This document shows positions 55,103 through 64,000 of a stretch of 64,000 nucleotides of DNA, in pieces; position 1 is the stretch's first letter; each line of letters opens with the position of its first letter. Below the pieces are notes generated by a model. That model was given only the letters and a program-made list of their open reading frames with translations, ran no database searches and was not told the DNA's origin. The position numbers and the translations under genes are program-made. Location: assembly GCA_041650335.1 (NCBI GenBank), contig JBAZLK010000002.1, positions 41,818 to 105,817 of the forward strand, written 5' to 3'. The stretch comes from Patescibacteria group bacterium. GTDB lineage: Bacteria; Patescibacteriota; Patescibacteriia; JAHIZJ01.

Positions 55103-55200
55103 GTTTTCGTTTAAATCGTACCGTGTTTATTTTACCACTTCGGTCAGCGCAGAGCAACAGCATACCCATTGAACCATTGTGGCTTGTTTATCGCGAATCG

Positions 55201-55437
55201 TTAATCGAGATAGATGCGAAATTTTTTTACCCGGCTTGTTTCGCCTGAAACGAGCGCGATCGCCGATTTCGGTACATCAAAACGTTCGGCCAGCAATTCA
55301 ACCACCGCTTCGTTCGCTTTCCCCTTTTCCGGCGCGGCGGTGACATGGGCCACAAACCGATCGTCTTTTTCGACAAGAGAATTGCGTTTTGCTTTCGGCG
55401 TTACTTTTACAGTTTTGACCACTGGTCTTGACATCAT
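55201..55437 (-). CDS. DUF167/YggU-family protein
   Basis: VTPKAK, AAPEKGKAN, SGETSR.K. Confidence 0.9.
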   Translation of the reverse strand: MMSRPVVKTVKVTPKAKRNSLVEKDDRFVAHVTAAPEKGKANEAVVELLAERFDVPKSAIALVSGETSRVKKFRIYLD

Positions 55438-55512
55438 TCGGTTTTTATGCTAAATTTCTCAGTCAGTCTCTCTGGATCTCGCACCACTCAACCCCCACGG
55501 AGGAGTTCGAAC

Positions 55513-55989
55513 ATGTTCATTGACGAGACGATCGCCGCCAACCTGATCCGCCACACCCGTGAGCTGCTCAAGCTGATAGCCACCTTGCCGGAGAACGAGA
55601 AGCGGGAGCGGCAGGGAGTCTATCTTTGCGTCCGCGATCAGGCAACTGGTCTCATCCTCCTGCTGGTTCCGGTCGGCAAGTTCGACGACATGAGCTTCGC
55701 CCGGCGCTGCTGCCTGTATGCGCAGGAGAAGACTGCTCGGTTGCTCAGCCACCCCGAGCATCAGGCCTCATCGCAGTCGGCCAACCCCGATCTGGAACTC
55801 TATGGCGGCGGCGTCGTCTGTCCGATCGCCAACGTCATCATTGCGCCGTCGGGTCTGACTGCCGTCTGCGACGAAGCGCTCGGGGCCAATCTCGGGCTCA
55901 AGATGGGCTGGATGTTCCCTGATCAGATCAGCCACCTGTCCACCCTGACCCAGAACACCGCGATCACCTCGCTTTGCCGCGCCGCCTAG
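55513..55989 (+). CDS. Hypothetical protein, possible GlcG/HbpS-like fold
   Basis: SD GGAGGAG; promoter TTGACA-17-TAAATT; AQEKTA, GGGV, PSGL, DEAL pattern resembles GlcG family motifs. Confidence 0.65.
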   Translation: MFIDETIAANLIRHTRELLKLIATLPENEKRERQGVYLCVRDQATGLILLLVPVGKFDDMSFARRCCLYAQEKTARLLSHPEHQASSQSANPDLELYGGGVVCPIANVIIAPSGLTAVCDEALGANLGLKMGWMFPDQISHLSTLTQNTAITSLCRAA

Positions 55990-56041
55990 TACTGATCGAA
56001 CTACTGCCGTAGCCTTCTACGACGAATAAGGAAGTTCACTG

Positions 56042-56227
56042 ATGGACAAACCGACTGGCACCTATCAGTGCGTCGTCTGCGACCATCTTTGGGACGGCTC
56101 TCAGCTGTATCAAGATCCGCAATCGCTTGGCGGAAAACGTTGGACCTGCGGCGATATCCGCTGCGGAGGGAATGTCAAGAAGATCAGTGACCAACCTCTG
56201 CTCTCGGCTCCGCCCACGACGACGTAA
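56042..56227 (+). CDS. Small zinc-finger protein (61 aa)
   Basis: CVVC and CGDIRC; followed by three hairpins and a U tract (about 56230-56316). Confidence 0.65.
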   Translation: MDKPTGTYQCVVCDHLWDGSQLYQDPQSLGGKRWTCGDIRCGGNVKKISDQPLLSAPPTTT

Positions 56228-56316
56228 ACGTCCGATTCAATGACTCGGACCATTGCACAACCGCTGCCAATCCGGCAGCATGCGTCCGTTGCGAATCTTT
56301 CGTGACGGGCGCTTTT

Positions 56317-57345
56317 CTATTTGTTTTTGTTTAATTGTTCGCCGCAATAATCAAATATTCCACTGAACAATTTTACTAAATGCGTAATGTGCTTTTGGCG
56401 GTTACTGGCATAGTACTGGTTTCGAAGATCGACGAGCAAGGCGGCGACACAGCGCTCGGCCATCATCAGGTAAAACTTCCTTTCAAATCCGGCGTCTTTT
56501 CTTACAATCGGAAGTTTTTTATATTCCGCAATCCATTTTTCCAGATAGCTAATGACGTAATTTACCGTAATGTGTTGTTTTCTAATGCTTTTTATGCCCG
56601 CCCAGAGATGAAAGGCGGCGTCATAATACTCCGGACGGTAGGACCAGAATAAATTCGACATGAGCACGTATTCATTTGCCGACAGTTTATAGATATCGTC
56701 ATAGGTAAAATGGCCGTGCATGAACTTCATCCTCACCCCCGGCAAATGGCGGCGAGCGAGCGCTTGGAATTTCCTCACCATCGCTTTCGTCGTCTTGTTC
56801 ACCCGACCTTTTGATTGTGCCACGGCCAGCCAGTGTTTGAGGCGTTTCATGACAAACCGCAGGCTTTGCCGCTCATCAGGCTCTTGGGCGAATAATGGCG
56901 TATTGAGACACCTACTTTTGTACTCCTGGTAGAGAGCGCGAAAATCTCGCATCTGCCTTGTATCGGCAAATGGCGGCCGATAGATCTTCGGCGCGTCGAT
57001 ATATTCCAGCAATAAATAGCCGTACCCATTTATTTTGTTCCATTTTTTTCCGCCATACAACCGCGGTAACCTTACTTTCGTGCTTTTGTTCTGACGATTA
57101 AATCTTTTGATGATGTCGATTTCGTCGATTTCCGGACAAAGACCCTGGATTTTTAAAACCGCCGGCTTGTTTCGCCATTGGCCCCGGTAGATCAGGCTCC
57201 CAACCTTATTTTTGTCGTAAATTTGCCCCCGGAAGATTTCCTGGCCAGGCCGGAAACCGGTTGCCGCCACAATTTCTTTCAGCGTCTTTGCCGCATCAGA
57301 AAAACCAGTATGGGTAAAATACTTTTCGGTGATTCTATTGCTCAT
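56317..57345 (-). CDS. Divergent APH/protein-kinase-like fold protein
   Basis: AVLK, LPRLY, LLLEYI, FMHGH, YYDAA; catalytic motifs non-canonical. Confidence 0.7.
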   Translation of the reverse strand: MSNRITEKYFTHTGFSDAAKTLKEIVAATGFRPGQEIFRGQIYDKNKVGSLIYRGQWRNKPAVLKIQGLCPEIDEIDIIKRFNRQNKSTKVRLPRLYGGKKWNKINGYGYLLLEYIDAPKIYRPPFADTRQMRDFRALYQEYKSRCLNTPLFAQEPDERQSLRFVMKRLKHWLAVAQSKGRVNKTTKAMVRKFQALARRHLPGVRMKFMHGHFTYDDIYKLSANEYVLMSNLFWSYRPEYYDAAFHLWAGIKSIRKQHITVNYVISYLEKWIAEYKKLPIVRKDAGFERKFYLMMAERCVAALLVDLRNQYYASNRQKHITHLVKLFSGIFDYCGEQLNKNK

Positions 57346-57351
57346 AAGATG

Positions 57352-58395
57352 CTAGGTAAGCTCGCGATGGAGAATCAGTTCTGCCTTCCGTTTGCTAATC
57401 TCACCGGTGTAATTCTTGTGCATTAATCTCCTGATGCTCCGATAGGGATACCTCTGTTTAATCAGCCACATTAATTTCGTTGTCATGGTTTCCATGCTCA
57501 TGTCAAAGGCTTGGATAACGCCTGATTTAAGCGCTTTCAATCCGACATCGTTTAAACCCATTACCGTGGCTCCGCCTGGGCACTGCGTTGTTACGACAAC
57601 GGGTAGACGCCTTTTTTTTGCATACTGCAGGCTGGGCAGCAACGAGTATGGTATGTCGCCTGATCCATATGCCCTCAGAACGATTCCTTTTACTCCCCCA
57701 TGGATCAGCCGATTAATAAATTCTGGGCGAAATCCGGGAACAAGAGTGTAACAAACGATATTGTCATCAAAACCATTCTTTACCACCAACGGCTGAGAGT
57801 GCGCCCGGTGGGTATCTTTATTTAAGGTTATACCCACGCCGATCTCGCCAAAATCTGAGTCATTAAAGGTATGGAAAGCATCAAGGTCTGATTCGCTCAC
57901 CTTTTTTGCCCGGCTTCCCAATATTATTTTGCTGCCAAAAACCACGAAAACACCGCCTAATTCCATGGTGGCCACGCGGACTGCGTTCACGAGATTATTC
58001 CGGCTGTCAGTACTGATAATCTCAGCGGGAATTTGTGAACCGGTGAAAATTACGGGCTTGCCAATATTCGCCAGGGCAAAGGACACGGCGCTTGAAGCAT
58101 AGGCCATCGTGTTGGTACCCATGGTTACAACAAAACCGTCGTATTTCTTATAGTTCAGCGCTATTTTTTTGACAATTTTCTCCCAATGACGATGGTCGAA
58201 ATTCGTGCTGTCGATATTTGCTATGTGGGTCGTCGAAATGTTTGCCAATTCGGTGATCCTCGGCTCGATCTGAAATAGTTGCTTAACACCGAAGGCGACT
58301 TGAAGCGCTCCAGTTCTTTCGTCTTTGTGCATTGAAATTGAACCGCCGCAAAACAGTATTAGAATCTTCTTGATGCGCTTTGTTGGTTTCTTCAT
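57352..58395 (-). CDS. Type I asparaginase-like amidohydrolase
   Basis: GGSISM, IDST, GTNTM, PVIFTGSQ, DAF, YGSG, TTQC, DMS.E...KL.W. Confidence 0.9.
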   Translation of the reverse strand: MKKPTKRIKKILILFCGGSISMHKDERTGALQVAFGVKQLFQIEPRITELANISTTHIANIDSTNFDHRHWEKIVKKIALNYKKYDGFVVTMGTNTMAYASSAVSFALANIGKPVIFTGSQIPAEIISTDSRNNLVNAVRVATMELGGVFVVFGSKIILGSRAKKVSESDLDAFHTFNDSDFGEIGVGITLNKDTHRAHSQPLVVKNGFDDNIVCYTLVPGFRPEFINRLIHGGVKGIVLRAYGSGDIPYSLLPSLQYAKKRRLPVVVTTQCPGGATVMGLNDVGLKALKSGVIQAFDMSMETMTTKLMWLIKQRYPYRSIRRLMHKNYTGEISKRKAELILHRELT

Positions 58396-58399
58396 ATGG

Positions 58400-59257
58400 C
58401 TAAATAATTAGCGATAAGGCAAGAATTAATATTGAAGCAATTATCTTTCTCACTGTTATTTTTTCCTTCAGCCAGGCCGCACTGAGGAAAAAAACAAATA
58501 TTGGCGTCAGATTCGCCAAGGTTATGGTCACGCCCGCACTGCCGACCGTCAGTGCGTAATAGAGCAGCAGCCATTGAGCAATGACAAAGAGTCCTCGGAA
58601 AAAAATGACGCGATACTGGGTATTAGTTATTCGGCGCAAAGGAAAATTTAGGAACACGAGTGAGAACAGGGCAATCAACCCGGCCCGATACATATACAGG
58701 GTCGGGGCATTGATTACGTGTAAATTGGTCAGCAGATACTTTGTCGGTATCGCCGATATACCAAATAACACTGAAGAAATGATGGCCGGAATCAGCGTGG
58801 CTTTTTTGAAACGTCCGAATTCCGAGGAACCAGCGGAAAAAATTACCACCAGAAACATGATCAAGAATGCCAGGGCGACGGTTTTTAGATTCACCGTGTC
58901 GTCCAGCAATAACCAGCCAAAGAAAAATGTAAACGCCGGCGCCAAAGCGAGCATTGGACTGGCCACGCTGGCTTCGGTTTCCTCGAACGTTTTAAAATAA
59001 TAAAAATTTGCCAGAGTATCAATAATACCGATGCCGATCAAAACCAGTATGGCAACGGTCGTCGCCTTAAAATAATAAAAAAAGGGTGAGAATAAAACCA
59101 GCGTCGCACCCATCGTCAAAAAGTTTATCCCGAGTATCTCCTTTGAGCGCAATTCTTTCAGCAAAGTCCGAGCGAGAATATTTGCGATTGCACCAAAAAC
59201 CGCGGATCCAATGGCTATGAGGGTGAAATTCATTGAGCTGACAACAGGAAGAGTCAT
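58400..59257 (-). CDS. EamA/DMT family transporter
   Basis: About 10 TM in two repeats, ASVASP...P.F, LKEKIT. Confidence 0.9.
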   Translation of the reverse strand: MTLPVVSSMNFTLIAIGSAVFGAIANILARTLLKELRSKEILGINFLTMGATLVLFSPFFYYFKATTVAILVLIGIGIIDTLANFYYFKTFEETEASVASPMLALAPAFTFFFGWLLLDDTVNLKTVALAFLIMFLVVIFSAGSSEFGRFKKATLIPAIISSVLFGISAIPTKYLLTNLHVINAPTLYMYRAGLIALFSLVFLNFPLRRITNTQYRVIFFRGLFVIAQWLLLYYALTVGSAGVTITLANLTPIFVFFLSAAWLKEKITVRKIIASILILALSLII

Positions 59258-60450
59258 CGTTTTTTGGTCTTGGCGCTGGACTTCTTCTTCGCCGGCAACT
59301 TCTTCTTTCCCTTCTGTATTTGCGAATATTCTTCTCTATAAACCTTCAGTGTTTCCTCGGCGCATTTCCGCCAGCTGAACTTTTTCGCCTGTTCGACGCC
59401 CGCCTGGCTATACCGCTGCCGGAGTTGGGTTGAGTTGAGGATTCTTCGCATCGCCTCAGCCAGCGCCGTTTCGCTGTTGGGATTAATCAGAAGCGCGGCC
59501 TCGCCCGTGACTTCCGGGATTGAGGCGACGCTTGAGCTGATCACTGGTACGCCGAGACTCAACGCCTCAAGCACCGGCAGGCCAAAACCTTCATAAAGCG
59601 TCGGAAACACGAACACGCTGGCGTTTCGGATTAAGCCGATTTTATCCTCATGGGGTACGTAGTTCAGGTAGGCAACACGGTTGCCGAGCTTGAGTTTGTT
59701 GATGGCGGTGAACACCTCGTCGCTCTTCCAGCCGCGATGGCCGGCCAGAACCAGGGTGTATTTCGAAAACCTTTTTTCTTTTGCCAGTTGCGCAAAGGCG
59801 GCGACCAGTTTCGGGATATTCTTGCGCGCTTCCAACGTACCCACATACAGCAGATAATCGCCGGAGAGGCTGTATTTTTCCTGAAGTTTCGCCTTCAGTA
59901 CATAGTTTTTTTCCTGGACGACGCCTTCGTGGATGACCTTGATTTTTTCCGCCGGGATAGTGAATACTTTGACAATATCTTTCTTCGTCGCCTCCGAAAC
60001 GGCGATGATACGACGCGCCCGGCTTAACGACCGCGGCACGAGGATCGAAACGCTGAACTTCTGACCGCGCGGGAACCACTCGGGATGTTTGTAAATCGCC
60101 AGATCATGGACCGTTACGATCGCCGGCCGGCTGTAGGTGTATGGAATCACGTTTGCTGGCGAATGATAGAGATCGAGTTTCTCACGGTTCAGATAGGCTG
60201 TGATCAAGAGATGGGAATAGCTGAACGGCAGAAAGCGCTTGTATTGCGAAAACGGAAACGTTCGGATCGTCACATTCGGCTGTTTAAATTCCTTGGTGTT
60301 CTGATAGCGATAATCAAAAAATAAAACATACTCGTTCTTCTGGTCGAGAGCGAGCAGCGATTTTACGAGAAAATATGAATAATGCCCGACGCCGGCGCGT
60401 TCGCCGTGTTTGGGATTGAGGATGGTTCGACAATCGATACCGATGCGCAT
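59254..60450 (-). CDS. Glycosyltransferase family 4
   Basis: [23 protein letters not shown]. Confidence 0.95.
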   Translation of the reverse strand: MRIGIDCRTILNPKHGERAGVGHYSYFLVKSLLALDQKNEYVLFFDYRYQNTKEFKQPNVTIRTFPFSQYKRFLPFSYSHLLITAYLNREKLDLYHSPANVIPYTYSRPAIVTVHDLAIYKHPEWFPRGQKFSVSILVPRSLSRARRIIAVSEATKKDIVKVFTIPAEKIKVIHEGVVQEKNYVLKAKLQEKYSLSGDYLLYVGTLEARKNIPKLVAAFAQLAKEKRFSKYTLVLAGHRGWKSDEVFTAINKLKLGNRVAYLNYVPHEDKIGLIRNASVFVFPTLYEGFGLPVLEALSLGVPVISSSVASIPEVTGEAALLINPNSETALAEAMRRILNSTQLRQRYSQAGVEQAKKFSWRKCAEETLKVYREEYSQIQKGKKKLPAKKKSSAKTKKR

Positions 60451-60461
60451 AGGCGTGGTTA

Positions 60462-62117
60462 TTACATTGTCATTGGCGCCGAAACACCCATCAGCTTCAG
60501 GCTGTTTCGGAGCACGATCTGGGTCGCTTTGATCAGTGCGACCCGAGCGGTATTCACCTCGCCCTGGTCGATCACCCGGCACTGGGTGTAAAAAACGTGA
60601 AAGAGTTCCGCCACCTTGATGACGTAAAACGGCAAGCGCTGAACTTCGTACGACTCGCAGATACCGCGCAGCAAGTCTGGGTATTGAACGAGCTCGGTGA
60701 TCAGATCGACTTCGGCGCGATGATCATAATGGATTTTTAGGCGCTCCGGCCAGGTCAGCTTCTTCAGCTCCTTCTGTTTCAGTATACTACAAATTCGAGC
60801 GTGCGCATATTGGACATAATAGACTGGGTTTTTATCGGATTTTTCCCGGGCCAGGTCGAGGTCAAAATCCATGTGCGTGTCGGCGGCGCGCATCAGGAAG
60901 AAAAACCGCGCCACGTCGAGGCCGACGTCATCAACCAGTTCTTCCAGCGTGATGAACGTGCCGCTCCGCTTCGACATTTTTACTTCCTGGTGGTTTGAGA
61001 TCAAACGGACGAGCTGAACAACGACGATATCGAGCTGACCGGGCCAATCCAAACTTTTCTTGATCGCCTGCATCCGGGTAACGTGCCCTTGATGGTCGGC
61101 GCCCCAGAAATTAACCACTCGCTCGAACTTCCGTTCGCAGAATTTGTTATAGTGGTAGGCAATGTCGGAAAGAAAATAGGTGTTCTCTCGGTTCGCCTTG
61201 ATCAAGACGCGGTCCTTCTCGTCACCAAAGGCGCTTGTCTTTACCCACGTGGCGCCGTCAGCCTTGTAGACATAGCCCTTCTCTTTCAATTGAGCCAATA
61301 CCGTCTTGACCGTCCCCTTTTTATAGAGCTCGCTTTCAAAAAACCAGCGGTGAAAGTGTATTTTCAGCTTTTCCCTTAGTACGCGTTGAATTTCCTTCAG
61401 CATCAGCCCGAGTACTTTATCCTTGACGGTTCGTTTGATCCGATTAATATCATTCAGCTTTACATCCACCAGCTTCAGGTGCTTGGCGAGATCTTTCACA
61501 TAGTCGCCCTGGTAGCAGCGTTCAGGGTAGTCAATATTCAATCCGGTCTGCTGGATGTAGCGCCGAATAACCGATTCAGCCAGGGTTTCGACTTGATTGC
61601 CGATGTCATTGACATAATATTCGCGCCGCGCCTGAAAGCCTTGGCTGGCAAAAACATTCGACAGAACGTCGCCCATGAAACCGCCCCGGCCATTGCCGAG
61701 ATGGATCGGACCGGTCGGATTGGCAGAGATGAATTCGACTTGAACTTTGGCGTTATCGCCGTATTTGCTTTTTCCATACTGACGGTCCAGATCGATGATC
61801 GTACCGACTTGCTGTCCCAGCCACGCCTTGCTAAACGAAAAGTTCAAAAAACCTGGCAAGGCCGTTTCAATTTTACCGAACTTGCGTTTAAAATTGTCGC
61901 TCAACCGTTCGATGATCGCCTCGGCGATCTCGAGCGGATTTTTTGCTAAAACCCGCGCCAATTGCATGGCCACGGTCGAAGAAATATCGCCGAATTTATC
62001 GTCTTTCGTATACTCGATTGTCTGATAAAAAAAATTTCCGTCGGCCTGTTGTTTCAGGTCGGGCCAGAGTTCATAGCATACGCGTTGGAGTTGACTAGCA
62101 ATTTCCTTCTTTATCAT
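60462..62117 (-). CDS. argS: Arginine-tRNA ligase
   Basis: EFISANPTGPIHLGNGR, WGADH, KMSKRSG, YYVQYAHAR. Confidence 0.97.
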   Translation of the reverse strand: MIKKEIASQLQRVCYELWPDLKQQADGNFFYQTIEYTKDDKFGDISSTVAMQLARVLAKNPLEIAEAIIERLSDNFKRKFGKIETALPGFLNFSFSKAWLGQQVGTIIDLDRQYGKSKYGDNAKVQVEFISANPTGPIHLGNGRGGFMGDVLSNVFASQGFQARREYYVNDIGNQVETLAESVIRRYIQQTGLNIDYPERCYQGDYVKDLAKHLKLVDVKLNDINRIKRTVKDKVLGLMLKEIQRVLREKLKIHFHRWFFESELYKKGTVKTVLAQLKEKGYVYKADGATWVKTSAFGDEKDRVLIKANRENTYFLSDIAYHYNKFCERKFERVVNFWGADHQGHVTRMQAIKKSLDWPGQLDIVVVQLVRLISNHQEVKMSKRSGTFITLEELVDDVGLDVARFFFLMRAADTHMDFDLDLAREKSDKNPVYYVQYAHARICSILKQKELKKLTWPERLKIHYDHRAEVDLITELVQYPDLLRGICESYEVQRLPFYVIKVAELFHVFYTQCRVIDQGEVNTARVALIKATQIVLRNSLKLMGVSAPMTM

Positions 62118-62211
62118 GCTCCTAGTATAAACGATTTTATTAACGGGCACAATATTCAGGCGTTAATTACTGGGGATTTCTCTCGCTTAAACCGGCCGGT
62201 GGATAACTCCC

Positions 62212-62271
62212 TTGACAAATGATATTCATTTGCTATGCTTTATCTTGCTAAAGTGCTTTATCTTACTAAAG
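62212..62271 (+). promoter_or_regulatory. Promoter with two tandem palindromic operators
   Basis: TTGACA(62212)-16 nt-TATGCT(62234) with extended TG; 18-bp tandem units tgCTTTAtcttgcTAAAG (62236-62253) and tgCTTTAtcttacTAAAG (62254-62271). Confidence 0.75.
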
Positions 62272-62283
62272 TTCACTAAACCC

Positions 62284-62607
62284 ATGGCTAACTGGTACAA
62301 CCAAAAAGTCAAAAACTTATTTGCGGCCGTTCTGAAATTGAAAACGCCCGATGAGGCCAGGCGCTTTTTCCGCGACTTGCTGACCGAACAAGAAATACTG
62401 GAGTTCGCCAACCGCTGGCAAGCGGCGCAATTACTCGACCGCGGCGTCCCCTATTCGACGATCTCGGCGAAAACCGGCTTAAGCTCGACGACGATTGCGC
62501 GTATCTCGCGCTGGCTGTATCGCGGTCTCAACGGCTATCAGCTGATGCTGAAACGGCTCAATCTTCATCATCGCAATTCTGCCTCTTTCGAGAAAGGATT
62601 GCGTTGA
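62284..62607 (+). CDS. TrpR-family (YerC/YecD) transcriptional regulator
   Basis: FFRDLLT..E....NRW, Y..I...TGLSSTTIARI helix-turn-helix, GY; the ORF-track extension to 62212 is promoter DNA. Confidence 0.92.
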   Translation: MANWYNQKVKNLFAAVLKLKTPDEARRFFRDLLTEQEILEFANRWQAAQLLDRGVPYSTISAKTGLSSTTIARISRWLYRGLNGYQLMLKRLNLHHRNSASFEKGLR

Positions 62608-62634
62608 TGTTTGTATAAAAACGCATAAACCCAG

Positions 62635-62666
62635 CCCCTTCTCGGAAGAGAAGGGGTTTTGTTTTT
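62635..62666 (+). terminator. Intrinsic terminator/attenuator after the YerC-like gene
   Basis: CCCCTTCTC-GGAA-GAGAAGGGG then TTTTGTTTTT. Confidence 0.85.
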
Positions 62667-62694
62667 ATCCATAACGTTATTAAACCATCGAACT

Positions 62695-63255
62695 ATGAAA
62701 AAACGACTACAAATTGGCGTCATTGGGTTCAGCGGACCAGAGGAATTTCCATCACTAATAAAAACGGGTACAAAACTTTTCGCCGCCGCCGAACAAGTCG
62801 GACGCTTATTGGCACAAAAAAATTGCATTGTCATAACCGGTGGTAAAACCGGCGTCATGGAAGCCGCAGCGCGTGGGGCCAGAACAGCGGGCGGACTGAC
62901 AGTCGGTGTCATTTGCGGGACTCAGCGTCGCAGCTCAAATGCCTACACCGACGTCGAGGTACTGACGGGAATGTCAGCCGTGGGATTAGACGAACTCTTG
63001 CTCATCCTGATGTGCGACGCCCTTATCTCCATCGGCGGCGGCGCGGGCACGCTGGAAGAAATCACCCTCGCCTATCGGAACAAAAAACCGGTCGTTGCCC
63101 TGCGGAATTACGGCGGCTGGACCGACCGGACAGCCGGTACCTTTCTCGATGAACGACAAACGATTCGGATAGATACAGCCGATTCTCCGGTAAAAGCGGT
63201 AGAAAAAATACTTGCGATTTGTACCAATGATTTGTCGACGAAGCCTGTTTCGTAA
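62695..63255 (+). CDS. LOG/SLOG family protein (TIGR00725-like)
   Basis: IGVIG, TGG..GVMEA..RGA, GGGAGTLEEI..AY. Confidence 0.9.
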   Translation: MKKRLQIGVIGFSGPEEFPSLIKTGTKLFAAAEQVGRLLAQKNCIVITGGKTGVMEAAARGARTAGGLTVGVICGTQRRSSNAYTDVEVLTGMSAVGLDELLLILMCDALISIGGGAGTLEEITLAYRNKKPVVALRNYGGWTDRTAGTFLDERQTIRIDTADSPVKAVEKILAICTNDLSTKPVS

Positions 63256-63315
63256 AAATCCGCTGGATATTCCAGCAATTGCACTTTCACAGTCCAACAT
63301 GAAGGAGGTAGGTTC

Positions 63316-64000
63316 ATGGAAACGCTCCCGCGTTACCCAGCTTTTTCGTACGATTCCTCAATCGTGACGGATGGTCGAATTTTGCTGATCGACGAACCGA
63401 TTTCGTCAGACATCCGAACCGAGCTTGCGTCACTCAACACCGTCGACAAACAAGACTTGGTTTTTCTTGAAGATCGTTTGCTCGCTGATCGCCTTGAACC
63501 GATACTCCGACAACTGGTGCTTAACGATCCCGAGACGCTTTTCGTCTTTCCTGGCAACGGCTCGAACTATCCCCGCCGGTATTCCCAAATCTGGCAAGAT
63601 CGACCGAATGCCTCGGTCCCGGCGAGACGATTCTGGCATCCGGGAGCCGATCCGATCGCTCTGGTCGGACGAGTATTACCTGAGCTGTTTCTTATTATCG
63701 GCGTCGGCGTCGTGCTGGTTGTCGACGATGTGATCAGTTCTGGGCAGACACTTTCCGCGCTGTATCAAAACAACGCCTGGCGTTTTCCGCGGGCGCGGTG
63801 GTTGGGCGCCGCTTGGGTCGCTCAACTACCGAGAATGAAATCGATCTCAGGCGTCAAAGGCTATCAATCAATCACCGCCGCCTGCCTGGTCCAGAAACGC
63901 AACGGCACGGGCCGCGTTCCAATCAACTCGTTGAGCACACTTCGCCTCTGCCCTGAGATCGCTGAAAGCTACGCCTCACGTCACTTTGTCCGGCCAGCCG
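63316..64000 (+). CDS. Type I phosphoribosyltransferase-like protein, truncated by the window edge
   Basis: Not in the ORF track. SD AAGGAGGT; hand translation METLPRYPAF...VLVVDDVISSGQTL... is open to the window end and contains the PRPP-binding motif. Confidence 0.8.
   Translation, partial: METLPRYPAFSYDSSIVTDGRILLIDEPISSDIRTELASLNTVDKQDLVFLEDRLLADRLEPILRQLVLNDPETLFVFPGNGSNYPRRYSQIWQDRPNASVPARRFWHPGADPIALVGRVLPELFLIIGVGVVLVVDDVISSGQTLSALYQNNAWRFPRARWLGAAWVAQLPRMKSISGVKGYQSITAACLVQKRNGTGRVPINSLSTLRLCPEIAESYASRHFVRPA

Noticed and set aside
62236-62271. 18-bp tandem repeat as CRISPR or coding repeat (CFILLK twice in the ORF track)
   Set aside because: Only two abutting copies with no spacer; it lies in the promoter upstream of the likely ATG at 62284.

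Overview
Gene-dense chromosomal segment of a small-genome bacterium, inferred to be Patescibacteria/CPR. The inference rests on alpha2-type GlyRS, type-2 IleRS, short MetRS, a membrane-anchored Clp ATPase, a UvrD-nuclease fusion, Asn-rich surface proteins, stand-alone receiver domains and no amino-acid biosynthesis genes in the window. Almost all core genes are on the minus strand: secE-nusG-rplK-rplA, gyrB, pheS/pheT, rlmN, a full F1Fo ATP synthase operon, rmuC, tatD, metG, rsmI, glyQS, tgt, recO, ileS, argS. Between them sit small orphan units, several on the plus strand, most with their own promoter, strong Shine-Dalgarno (SD) site and terminator. I recognised no rRNA, tRNA, CRISPR array, integrase or transposase. 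Top candidate for a new system: a TrpR-family (YerC/HisR-like) gene with two tandem palindromic operators over its promoter, whose 3' end (His-His codons plus an antiterminator arm) has the geometry of a ribosome-controlled attenuator for downstream LOG-family and phosphoribosyltransferase genes. Other leads: a membrane-tethered Hsp100 with a degenerate first ATPase ring, an asparaginase-like/kinase-like/EamA operon with altered active sites, a CarS-like plus CDP-alcohol phosphotransferase pair, and several apparently leaderless transcripts. All calls come from reading motifs by eye; no database search or folding computation was run.
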